Shown piece by piece: positions 20,310 through 28,841 of a stretch of 64,000 nt of DNA (the first letter of the stretch is position 1; each line of letters starts with the position of its first letter). Below the pieces are notes generated by a model. The model did not search any database and had not been told where the DNA came from. It saw only the letters and a program-made list of their open reading frames with translations. The position numbers and the translations under genes were made by a program. The stretch is from Candidatus Pelearchaeum maunauluense (GTDB lineage Archaea; Thermoproteota; Nitrososphaeria_A; Caldarchaeales; Caldarchaeaceae), in assembly GCA_030059675.1 (NCBI GenBank), contig JANVYQ010000001.1, forward strand, positions 192,001 through 256,000, read 5' to 3'.

Positions 20310-20621
20310 ATGACGGTAATGGAGATAATAGTAGATTCGCTGGTCATCTTCCTCTCATTAGGCTTATCATTCTACGCTTACTACCTCTCGCGGGTATTTA
20401 GAGGCGGTGTAATGGAAAACCATTCAGGATTCTTGCACTAGCACCGTTATTCTTTGTGATTGGCGAAAGTATGCACATACTAGAAGTAACAAGAACCTTG
20501 ACAGGATTCGTTGACATGCTACATACCGTTGGTGAAGGATTTTTCATAGTGGTATTATTCTTATGGATTATCGGTGCTTAGCTCAATATGGCGTTCAAAG
20601 AAGCTGGACCAAACGGCATGA
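20310..20621 (+). pseudogene. frameshifted small multi-TM membrane protein
   Basis: Reconstructed MTVMEIIVDSLVIFLSLGLSFYAYYLSRVFRGGVME/KPFRILALAPLFFVIGESMH...HTVGEGFFIVVLF/YGLSVLSSIWRSKKLDQTA*; shifts near 20416-20419 (A run) and about 20560; the restored stop overlaps the next ATG (ATGA). Confidence 0.6.
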
Positions 20622-20989
20622 CGCTGGAAAGCCCCACCATAAGCATAGTTAGACGCATGATAGAGAATGCATTTGAGGCCATATTAGGCCCAAACGCTCA
20701 TAGAGTGCTGATGTACCATCTGAGCCGGAGACTCCATGACGAGCCGTATAACATTCTGTTGGAAGAACCGTCACGCTTCTATGCCGCCTTAAAAGAAATA
20801 TTTGGGGTAGGGGCTGATACGTTAATTCTAAATCTGGGCGATATACTCATAGTTAAGTACAGTGTCAATATTTCACGCGGCCAAATTTCGAAACTCATGC
20901 CCGATGGAAATGGAGAAGAAAAACAGATTCTACTAAGGCGGTTGGAGCAAGCCACTAGACTCGCTGCCCACCATAGGCCCTTAAAATAA
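20618..20989 (+). CDS. DUF3227/NitrOD5-like small helical protein
   Basis: F..ILG....VL.YHL...EEPSRFY.AL.EIFG.GA..L pattern; ATG at 20618. Confidence 0.6.
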   Translation: MTLESPTISIVRRMIENAFEAILGPNAHRVLMYHLSRRLHDEPYNILLEEPSRFYAALKEIFGVGADTLILNLGDILIVKYSVNISRGQISKLMPDGNGEEKQILLRRLEQATRLAAHHRPLK

Positions 20990-21008
20990 CAAAACATTAT
21001 GAGAGAGT

Positions 21009-21524
21009 TTAAGGCTCTACGACTATCTTGCCATACATCCCCTTATCTGCGTGTGTCTGCGGGAACGTTATCTCCAACTCTGTACATAGGTAGGAGTAAG
21101 TTCCTGGAGCGTCAAACTTTAGGAAGAAAGTTTTAGTTTCTCCAGGCTCCACAGCAACGTCTTCCTCAGCATATTTCTCATGTATCTCGTGTATTTCATG
21201 CGAGCCCTCAATATCTTCTTCATCAAGTCCTTGCGCTTTTAATTCATTTACCGTGTCTCTTATCTCCGTCAGCATTGCATCCTTATCCTTTACCACCATG
21301 AATTCATGTCCTACTCCCCCTCTGTTTATGAGTATTATCTTCACAGTTTCTCCTACTTTCATTTTTATCGTGGGGCCTCCTGAAGGGCCGTTATAGCCGA
21401 AGTCCCACATCTCAAGCGTTGTTTCGCGTATTTTTGGCTGTGCTAGAAGGTAGAAAGAAGTAACAGCACCCACTGCTATTACGGCTATAGCGGCAATAAT
21501 GGCGAGGCCTGTATTTTTCTTCAC
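21009..21524 (-). CDS. membrane-anchored cupredoxin (type 1 blue-copper protein)
   Basis: N-terminal TM; HEF...YLC-x10-H-x4-M copper ligands; His-rich insert SHEIHEIHE. Confidence 0.82.
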   Translation of the reverse strand: MKKNTGLAIIAAIAVIAVGAVTSFYLLAQPKIRETTLEMWDFGYNGPSGGPTIKMKVGETVKIILINRGGVGHEFMVVKDKDAMLTEIRDTVNELKAQGLDEEDIEGSHEIHEIHEKYAEEDVAVEPGETKTFFLKFDAPGTYSYLCTELEITFPQTHADKGMYGKIVVEP

Positions 21525-21608
21525 ATGAGAAGTACAGAGGGGAAAATCTTATAATTATTATCCTTCAAATATTGTGGTGCTGTAAAAATCATTCCTTATT
21601 ACAAAAAA

Positions 21609-21968
21609 TCATGCATCATTAGAGATGGTTTCTTTATTGCTTCTAATGAAAATGGACCTCTGTCTTGTTATTATTTCGGTTGAAGGCGCTGGGATTTCAT
21701 TTGTTTTTATCTCAAATATAATGATAGCAGTTATTACTGGTATTAATGCTGCTGGAATAATTGTGATTACGCTATGAGTATAGTGAGGTAGGAATACAGT
21801 AAGGTCATGAGCTAGATTGCTTAGGGTTAGTCCTGTACCAGCGCTAGCAATTATTGTCTTGTTAACCATGCTTAACGGCTTAAATGCATAGATGAAGGTA
21901 TATGCTAATATGAGAACAGTCAATCCAGTAATCCACGCGAGGACCAGCTGGGACATAAGTCCTGCCAT
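21609..21968 (-). CDS. hypothetical membrane protein
   Basis: 119 aa, three hydrophobic segments, AT-rich region. Confidence 0.5.
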   Translation of the reverse strand: MAGLMSQLVLAWITGLTVLILAYTFIYAFKPLSMVNKTIIASAGTGLTLSNLAHDLTVFLPHYTHSVITIIPAALIPVITAIIIFEIKTNEIPAPSTEIITRQRSIFIRSNKETISNDA

Positions 21969-22190
21969 ATGCGGGTTATCCTCACAAACTAATCCAGCAC
22001 CTGTTAATGTATGAGAGATTAAAACGTCCCGCTATTGCTTGAAATAGCTATTATCGCGAGAACCAGATAAAGAAGGCGTAAATTGTCTATCCTCTTCACA
22101 ACACCTCAAAGGGGAATATTCCTCTATCTGGCTATTAACTAAATACCTAACATCTTAGGGTATTAAAAATTTAAGAGGTTATTTAAGCTC

Positions 22191-22679
22191 TTATTCTTCA
22201 ACGATTAGGTTGCCGTACATTCCCAGCTCTATATGGCCTGGCACTTGGCAGACGTAGTTGTATATTCCTGGCTTGTTGGGTTTGAAGATTGTTGTTCCCT
22301 GCTCTCCTGGTTGTACTGGACGGGCTGCCGAGCCTATGGCGGCGTTGAACAGGACTGGAGCGTCAAACTTCTTCTCTGAGACTACGGCGAAGGAGTGGGG
22401 TATCCTGCCTATGTTGATGAATGTTACCTTGACGGTCTCGCTGACCTTCACGCGTATATCTGGGCCTGGTGATGATAGGTCTTCTCCCCGTATCCCGAAG
22501 GCGAATTTCCCGTCTATCTCGCCGCCGATTATCGTTATCTCTATTGCTGGTTTCTCTTCTTCCGCTGCTGGTGGTGTTGTAGGGGCTCCCGCTGGGAAGA
22601 GTAGAACCACGGCCACTGCGAGCAGTAGAGCTAAGCCGCCTACGAACGCGAGTGTGGCAGCCGCTTTCACACCATCCAT
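22191..22679 (-). CDS. membrane-anchored cupredoxin (sulfocyanin/plastocyanin-like)
   Basis: N-terminal TM, Pro/Thr linker, PHSF...YVCQVPGHIELGM type 1 Cu site. Confidence 0.88.
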   Translation of the reverse strand: MDGVKAAATLAFVGGLALLLAVAVVLLFPAGAPTTPPAAEEEKPAIEITIIGGEIDGKFAFGIRGEDLSSPGPDIRVKVSETVKVTFINIGRIPHSFAVVSEKKFDAPVLFNAAIGSAARPVQPGEQGTTIFKPNKPGIYNYVCQVPGHIELGMYGNLIVEE

Positions 22680-22699
22680 AGCGCTTGCTCACCTCCTCT

Positions 22700-22981
22700 C
22701 TAGAAGCTGCCGAGACCAGCCTGCACGCCGAGGCTCACCACCATGCCTATGATAAGCCCAAGAGCCGCCAGTAGGCCTGCTATGTAGAGCGTCGCTACTC
22801 CACGTGGCTCTCTTATGAGATGCTGATAGAATACAGCAACCAGCAACGCAGCGACGCTGGCCAGGCCGATTATCCCAGCGCGCGCCTGCGCAGGAGGTAG
22901 ACCAGCGTAGAAGACTACAAGCTCCAGCGCCACCAGTATCACAAGCCCAACCCAAACAGCTACGTAATGAACCACCCGCAC
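22700..22981 (-). CDS. heme-copper oxidase subunit IV-like protein
   Basis: Three TM helices, Y..VW.GL..L..LE...FYQHL..E pattern; directly after subunit I/III. Confidence 0.75.
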   Translation of the reverse strand: MRVVHYVAVWVGLVILVALELVVFYAGLPPAQARAGIIGLASVAALLVAVFYQHLIREPRGVATLYIAGLLAALGLIIGMVVSLGVQAGLGSF

Positions 22982-22998
22982 CGCGCATCACCCCCTCC

Positions 22999-25335
22999 TC
23001 ATATAAGGTAGAAGAGCGGGAAGAGGAAGAGCCAGACTATGTCGACGAAGTGCCAGTAGAGGTCGAAGCCCTCAAGCCCTACGTGGTTCTCCTTCGTTAT
23101 CCTACCCTTGAACGCCCGTATTATGAGGTATATGAGTACTGCCAGCCCTGCTGCTACGTGCATCCCATGCGCTCCTGTCGTGATGTAGAATGTTGTTGCT
23201 GGTAGGCCGCTGCTGAAGGTTATTCCATGGCTGAATAGCTCGCTCCATTCGCGGCCTTTGTTGAAGAGGAAGATGAAACCTAGGACGAACGTGGCTATGA
23301 GCCCTCCGCGTAGCAGTGTTTGGTTTCCTGACTTCGCGCCAGCGAGGGCGAGTATGGCTGTCAGGCTACTCGTTACTAGTATGAATGTGTTTATCGCGCC
23401 TTCTATGGGGTTGAGGAACTCTCCTGGCGCTGGCCATGTTGCACTGTTTATCCTCACGAAGATATAGGAGCCTATTAGAGCGCCGAAGAGAACAATCTCG
23501 CCGAAGAGTAGAGTCCATACACCTAGTCTTACTCTCTCAACACTCACGAAGGGCCATCGTTCTCCTTCGGCAGGCTCTACGGCTATGAACTCCTCCTTCG
23601 CCCAGCCCACTATAGAGCTTATGAGTATCAGTGCGCCCAGCAACAGTACTGGGAGTCCTAAACCTGCCCCCAGGAATGTTATGAACATTCCGAGCGACAT
23701 GAAGAGTGGCCACCTGCTATAGTGTGTCTCGTGTATATGGTGGCCGCCGTTGGCTGGTATTGGCTGTATTGTTATCGTACCATCAGCCTTGACTACTGGC
23801 TGGCCATCATAGTTATGGCGTGGAGGCGGTGATGGGACGAGCCACTCTAGGCTCCATGCTCCCCATGGGTTGTTTCCAGCAGGCTCTCCCTTCCTGAGGC
23901 TCTGGTAGAGGTTTACGAAGAGTATCAGCCATGAGAAGGCGAATATTATCGTCCCCAGAGTGGATAGCATGTTGGGCAGCTCCCACCCCATATCTGCTGG
24001 GTAGGTAAATACGCGGCGGGGCATGTCTATGAGGAAGTGCATCGGGAAGTAGAGGAGGTTGAAGCCTATCATATACACTATGAAGTGAAGCTTACCCAGC
24101 TTCTCGTTGAACATCCTCCCAGTCATCTTGGGCCACCAGTAGTAGAGCGCGGCCAACAGCCCTGTTGTAGCTCCGCCGACAAGAGTGTAGTGGAAGTGGG
24201 CCACTATCCAGTAGGTTCCGCGCAGGTAGTAGTCAAGCGCTACTGAGGAGTTGAAGACACCTGTAACGCCACCTATGATGAAGAGCGCCACACCACCTAG
24301 AGCGAAGAGCACGGGAGTGGTGAATCTAATAGAAGCGCCCACGAGAGTCAGTATGAAGGCCAGGGTAGCAACACCAAACGGAATGGATATAGTCTCAGTA
24401 GTGATTGTCATAAACTTACGGAAGCCAGGGTCTGTACCAGTTACGAACATATGATGAGCCCATACCATGAAGCTCATTATTGAGCCGATGATTAGGGCTG
24501 TTATGAGTATCTTCTTTCCGTAGAGTGGTTTTCGCGCGAATACTGGCAATACTTCTGCTATTGCTACTAGTCCTGGGACTAGGACGATATACACTTCTGG
24601 GTGGCCGAAGAACCAGAAGAGGTGGTCCCAGAGTATTGCGCCTCCCTCAACCGAGGAGAAGTAGAGTGTGCCGAGGAGCCTGTCGGCGGCCAGCATTATC
24701 ACGCCAGCTGCTATGGAGGGGAAGGCGAAGAGCATCATGAAGACAGTAAGCAGTATCCCCCAAGTGTATATCGGCATGCGTAGCAACGTCATTCCAGGCG
24801 CTCTTGAACGGAATATCGTTACCAAGAAGTTCACGGTGCTCATGGTTACTGAGGCTATGAGCATCAGTAGCCCAGCGCCTCCCAGCGTTACGCCTAGCTG
24901 AGGCGCGTATTTTGTTGTGTTGAGCGGTGCGTAGACGGTCCAGCCCGTGTCTATGGCTCCTCCAGGTGTGAAGAAGCCTATAGCCGCTAGCAGGCCGCCG
25001 AATAGGTAAAACCAGTAGCTCAAAGCATTTAGTCGCGGGAAAGCGAGGTCTCTGGCACCTATTTGGAGTGGGACGAAATAGTTGGCAAAGGCGAAGGCTA
25101 GCGGCGATAAGAACCATAGCACCATGACAAGGCCGTGGACTGTTACAGCCTGGTTGAAGGGCGCGCTCTGTAGTATGTTAAGACCTGGAGCCATTAGTTG
25201 TAGCCGCATGAGAACCGCTAGTGCCCCACCTACGACTAGGAAGTAGAGCGAGGTAATGAAATATAGTATGCCCACATCCTTGTGGTTTGTGGTGAATAAC
25301 CATCTTCTAACAGAGTTTAGCGGAACCTCCATCAT
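22999..25335 (-). CDS. heme-copper oxidase subunit I+III fusion (A-family, SoxM-like)
   Basis: TNHKDVG, TVHG, GWTVYAPL, WFFGHPEVY, WAHHMF, HFHY, PRR; subunit III motifs FGEIVLFG, HGMHV, YWHFVDIVW. Confidence 0.95.
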   Translation of the reverse strand: MMEVPLNSVRRWLFTTNHKDVGILYFITSLYFLVVGGALAVLMRLQLMAPGLNILQSAPFNQAVTVHGLVMVLWFLSPLAFAFANYFVPLQIGARDLAFPRLNALSYWFYLFGGLLAAIGFFTPGGAIDTGWTVYAPLNTTKYAPQLGVTLGGAGLLMLIASVTMSTVNFLVTIFRSRAPGMTLLRMPIYTWGILLTVFMMLFAFPSIAAGVIMLAADRLLGTLYFSSVEGGAILWDHLFWFFGHPEVYIVLVPGLVAIAEVLPVFARKPLYGKKILITALIIGSIMSFMVWAHHMFVTGTDPGFRKFMTITTETISIPFGVATLAFILTLVGASIRFTTPVLFALGGVALFIIGGVTGVFNSSVALDYYLRGTYWIVAHFHYTLVGGATTGLLAALYYWWPKMTGRMFNEKLGKLHFIVYMIGFNLLYFPMHFLIDMPRRVFTYPADMGWELPNMLSTLGTIIFAFSWLILFVNLYQSLRKGEPAGNNPWGAWSLEWLVPSPPPRHNYDGQPVVKADGTITIQPIPANGGHHIHETHYSRWPLFMSLGMFITFLGAGLGLPVLLLGALILISSIVGWAKEEFIAVEPAEGERWPFVSVERVRLGVWTLLFGEIVLFGALIGSYIFVRINSATWPAPGEFLNPIEGAINTFILVTSSLTAILALAGAKSGNQTLLRGGLIATFVLGFIFLFNKGREWSELFSHGITFSSGLPATTFYITTGAHGMHVAAGLAVLIYLIIRAFKGRITKENHVGLEGFDLYWHFVDIVWLFLFPLFYLI

Positions 25336-25339
25336 CTAC

Positions 25340-25975
25340 TCACCCCTTATACCATGCTTCAAACTCGCTAGGCTCCATCACGATTAGCCTACCAGTCATG
25401 AAAGCATGACCAACGCCACAGAGCTCAAAGCACTGGATTGTATATTCTCCAGTGTCGGCGGGCTTTATCCAAATCCAGATAACCTTACCTGGTATAGCGT
25501 CCACACCTATCTTGAACTCTATTAACTGGAATTTGTGGAAGACATCATCACTTGTTACTGCGAAGATTATCACTTCATCGCGCGGCACGCGCACCTCATT
25601 AACCGTCTCTAGCCCATTTGGGTAAATGAACTTCCACCCCCACTGGAATCCATGAACTTTTATGACCATAGCCCCCTTCTCAGGAGGCTTTTCAATTAAA
25701 TCAACGGTCTCCATCGTTCCCAGTGTTATTGTGAAGAGTATTCCCGTGACTATGAGCGTTAGTATTAGTGCAGCGCCTATTGTTCCCCTCTCTGCTGGTA
25801 TTTTTCCTGGGGTTGGAGCGTCTGCTGGCTCTGGAGAGCCAGGCTTGTGGCGGTATCGTATTATATTATAGATAAGCAGGGCTATGACGAATGTTCCGAC
25901 GATTGTTCCGATTGTTAGGTAGAGGTTGAAAAGCTCTTGCCACTGCGCAGTAACGGGGGAAAGAGCGGCAGTCAT
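25340..25975 (-). CDS. coxB: heme-copper oxidase subunit II with CuA site
   Basis: Two TMs, GFQWGW, DVFH...CFELCGVGHAFM. Confidence 0.93.
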   Translation of the reverse strand: MTAALSPVTAQWQELFNLYLTIGTIVGTFVIALLIYNIIRYRHKPGSPEPADAPTPGKIPAERGTIGAALILTLIVTGILFTITLGTMETVDLIEKPPEKGAMVIKVHGFQWGWKFIYPNGLETVNEVRVPRDEVIIFAVTSDDVFHKFQLIEFKIGVDAIPGKVIWIWIKPADTGEYTIQCFELCGVGHAFMTGRLIVMEPSEFEAWYKG

Positions 25976-26019
25976 ATTCCTTCTCAGATAGGGCTGACCT
26001 ACAGTATTGTGGATTAAGC

Positions 26020-26057
26020 TTATCCTTCAAATCTGAAGGCTGAATATAAGCTTCAGC
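26020..26057. promoter_or_regulatory. candidate regulator binding site between the divergent coxB and SCO genes
   Basis: CCTTCA-aatc-TGAAGG palindrome (26024-26039) plus GCTGAA-N7-TTCAGC (26039-26057); TTATCCTTCAAAT recurs at 21558-21570. Confidence 0.5.
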
Positions 26058-26153
26058 ACATACAATATCTTACGGAAGCTACACGCGAATATGGTTTATG
26101 ATTGAACCATTATGCTTAAATCATGCTGACAAACTAATTAGTGATTCTCAGAA

Positions 26154-26760
26154 CTGCTCCTGACCAGGCGTAGAATACTATTCCTTACGGTTATTGTAAT
26201 AGTTGTGGCCACTTTAGGAGGAGTGATAGCCTATACAGCTCTACAGCCCTCTTACAAACTAGCAATAGAACTGCCAGGAAACGAGAAACTGAAAAATTTC
26301 ACACTCACTGACCAGTATGGAAGGAAGTTTCCATATCTTCCGTCGGGGGGAGGTTGTCCTCCTATATTTTGGCTATACTAACTGTCCAGATATATGCCCA
26401 CTCGTCATGAGCAGATTCGCATATCTTGAGGAGAAGTTAGGTGATGATATTGATGAGGTGGCCATGATTCTTGTGGCTACCGACCCAGAGCGCGACACGC
26501 CTGATGCCCTACGGCGTTATGTTGAGCGATATAGTAGTAGGATTATCGCGCTTACAGGAACACCACAGCAGATTGAGGAAGTCTTGAAGCTATATGGCAT
26601 ATATTCTGAGAAGTCATTAGAGGAGGATAGAGAATATCTCATCCCACATTTCGCTCTAGTCATAGTTGCTGATAAGAACATGGTTATGCGTTATGCTCTT
26701 ACGCCTGAGATGGAGCCTGACGAGTATGTGCGGGCTGTTAGATACCTACTTGAGAGGTGA
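26154..26760 (+). pseudogene. SCO1/SenC copper chaperone, frameshifted (or sequencing error)
   Basis: 5' frame LTRRRILFLTVIVIVVATLGG...NFTLTDQYGRKF; 3' frame GEVVLLYFGYTNCPDICP...TDPERDT...H; break at 26328-26350; start codon uncertain (CTG?). Confidence 0.8.
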
Positions 26761-27317
26761 ATAGTATGCGACGCGTAAGGATTGCGTTGATTGGAGTAGC
26801 TATTATTTTTTCTCTATTAGCCATGTTTGTTTTTTCTGCATCTGCCCAGACTCAGTGGTGCTCAATAAACTGGGTGGGCGACTACATAGTGGAGTTCCGA
26901 ATTTATCCTAATCCCATAGTTGCGGGCGAAGAATCTCAACTCCTCTTCAGCATACTCAATAAAGACCTTGAGGAAGCTAGGAATATAACAGTCTCAATAG
27001 CCGTGTTTGAGGGCTATAAGCTTCTCCATAAATTCCCTAAGAGGCTTTACAGCATGGGAGACCTAAGCTACACCTACACATTCCCCGACACGGGGGAATA
27101 TATTGTGCTGTTGAACATCTTTGAGGGCAAGGCAATATTAAGCGGCCAATTTACCGTTAATGTGGAGAGGCGCGGGATACACTTCTGGCAGATAGCTGCA
27201 GCTCTCCCCATGGTGGTTGCCGCCGCGCTCACAGCAGTATATTACGTGCATAGATTTAGACAAGCACAACACAGCACGCCGAAAGAATTTATAAACAAGA
27301 CATCAAATAATGAATAA
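26757..27317 (+). CDS. exported beta-sandwich (YtkA/FixH-like) protein with C-terminal membrane anchor
   Basis: Signal peptide (ASA-Q), YTYTFPDTGEY beta-rich core, C-terminal TM; GTGA overlap with SCO. Confidence 0.6.
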   Translation: MNSMRRVRIALIGVAIIFSLLAMFVFSASAQTQWCSINWVGDYIVEFRIYPNPIVAGEESQLLFSILNKDLEEARNITVSIAVFEGYKLLHKFPKRLYSMGDLSYTYTFPDTGEYIVLLNIFEGKAILSGQFTVNVERRGIHFWQIAAALPMVVAAALTAVYYVHRFRQAQHSTPKEFINKTSNNE

Positions 27318-27328
27318 GCAGTAAGGCC

Positions 27329-27982
27329 ATGCTTCGAGTAACACTGAACGTACGGATGAACTGCCCCTGGGTTTCCTACATATCTAGAAAATATAATGCG
27401 CGCATAACAATTCTTCAATGCGTTCCCCACGTAATGTCTGGCGGCGTCTCTGCGTTGGTTAAGGTTAAAAGCCCCAACTGCGGCTCTGAGCAGATATCCC
27501 GCGCGGTACGTAAAGTTCCCACGGTTCAGGACGCTACTTTCACGGAGATTAGGCCAAATGTCCATTTTGGGATAGTCAAGACCAGCTTATGCCCCTGTTC
27601 CTCAACAATTCTGCCGCATTTTAACCTGATTAACGCTGTAGATAACGGTGATGGAGGCCTCCGCTGGACGTTTTTGGTGGATAATGAGAAGAGCTTGAAA
27701 CAGCTTTCGGAGTATTTGGATAATAATGGTATAGACTATCAGATTGAGGAGGCGATTAAAATAGAGGATAGCTGGTGCTTGACTGAGAAGCAGGAGCAGG
27801 TTATTAGAGCTGCCCTTGAGCTAGGGTTCTACGACATACCCCGTAGAGTAGGTCTTAAAGAGCTGGCTAAGCTCTTTAACATATCACCCCGCGCGGTATC
27901 AGAGATCCTAAGAAGAGCCCACAGGAGGATAATAATCCACGCGCTAGAGACCCATCAAGTATCTAAATATAACGAGGCATAA
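27329..27982 (+). CDS. bacterio-opsin activator (HTH_10) family transcriptional regulator
   Basis: LTEKQEQVIRAALELGFYDIPRRVGLKELAKLFNISPRAVSEILRRA; Cys-rich N-domain (CPW, CVPH, CPC). Confidence 0.9.
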   Translation: MLRVTLNVRMNCPWVSYISRKYNARITILQCVPHVMSGGVSALVKVKSPNCGSEQISRAVRKVPTVQDATFTEIRPNVHFGIVKTSLCPCSSTILPHFNLINAVDNGDGGLRWTFLVDNEKSLKQLSEYLDNNGIDYQIEEAIKIEDSWCLTEKQEQVIRAALELGFYDIPRRVGLKELAKLFNISPRAVSEILRRAHRRIIIHALETHQVSKYNEA

Positions 27983-28018
27983 AACCTATAAACAGACCAG
28001 AAACAACCAATAAGCAGG

Positions 28019-28093
28019 GCGGCCGTGGTCTAGCCTGGGTATGACACGGGCCTGCCACGCCCGGAATCGCGGGTTCAAATCCCGCCGGCCGCA
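28019..28093 (+). tRNA. tRNA-Gly(GCC)
   Basis: Acceptor stem GCGGCCG/CGGCCGC + A; anticodon arm CGGGC-CT-GCC-AC-GCCCG; T-loop GGTTCAAATCC; no intron; CCA not encoded. Confidence 0.96.
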
Positions 28094-28109
28094 TACATTA
28101 CTTAGTTGT

Positions 28110-28685
28110 TTATTGTTTGTCTTGTTTCAGCTTCATGTGTATTATTCCTCTTGCTATGTTATGTTCTATTATCGTTATATTGTATTCGTCAAGCAATCCC
28201 TTTAGGAATTCCATTATGCATTTTGTTGATTCTATCTTATTTCCTATTCCTATGAGCCCCACTTCATATGTTATGTTTCCCAGGTATTTTATCTCTAGGT
28301 TTTTGATTGGGAGATACTTGGCGTATGTGTCTGCGAGGTGTATTAGCTGGTCTAGGTCTTTGGCGTATATTTTTATTAGCGCTGATACTTCCTGGCCTAG
28401 TTTATAGAAGCGTTTTAGGAGCTTCTCAGGGTCGTGCCTATAGAGCTTCTCTATTAGGTCGTCCATGAAGTCAGATGGTAGGATTACGGCGTCAACCTCG
28501 CTTAATAGTCTATGGACTAACCAAAGGTTTAATATGACGCGCATATCGGCGCCTTCGTTAAGCAGTGCTACTGCGTTCTCCATTATTTCATTAACGAGAG
28601 CGTAGAGTGTCATCTTGCGCTCTCTAGCTATCGTAGCTAGTTGTTTGGCAATCTTTTCATCAACCGCTAAAGAAGTTCTAGACAC
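28110..28685 (-). CDS. hypothetical protein with N-terminal ribbon-helix-helix-like segment
   Basis: RTSLAVDEKIAKQL..IARE.KMTLYALVNE; AT-rich gene. Confidence 0.65.
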   Translation of the reverse strand: MSRTSLAVDEKIAKQLATIARERKMTLYALVNEIMENAVALLNEGADMRVILNLWLVHRLLSEVDAVILPSDFMDDLIEKLYRHDPEKLLKRFYKLGQEVSALIKIYAKDLDQLIHLADTYAKYLPIKNLEIKYLGNITYEVGLIGIGNKIESTKCIMEFLKGLLDEYNITIIEHNIARGIIHMKLKQDKQ

Positions 28686-28841
28686 TTCGCCGATGTTTGT
28701 GGTATGCTTGTATATGAATTGGCTTCAAATAGGAATAAAGGCTCCATGGGGGCTAAAAGGTGTGTGTAGGTTTGAAAACGTTAAGGTTTGGCATGACAGC
28801 GTTATACTGTTGTAATAGGTTTTGAGAAAGCGGGGGCTGAG

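Noticed and set aside
28019-28093. tRNA-Gly as the att site of an integrated island
   Set aside because: No duplicate of the tRNA end and no integrase were seen in the window by eye.
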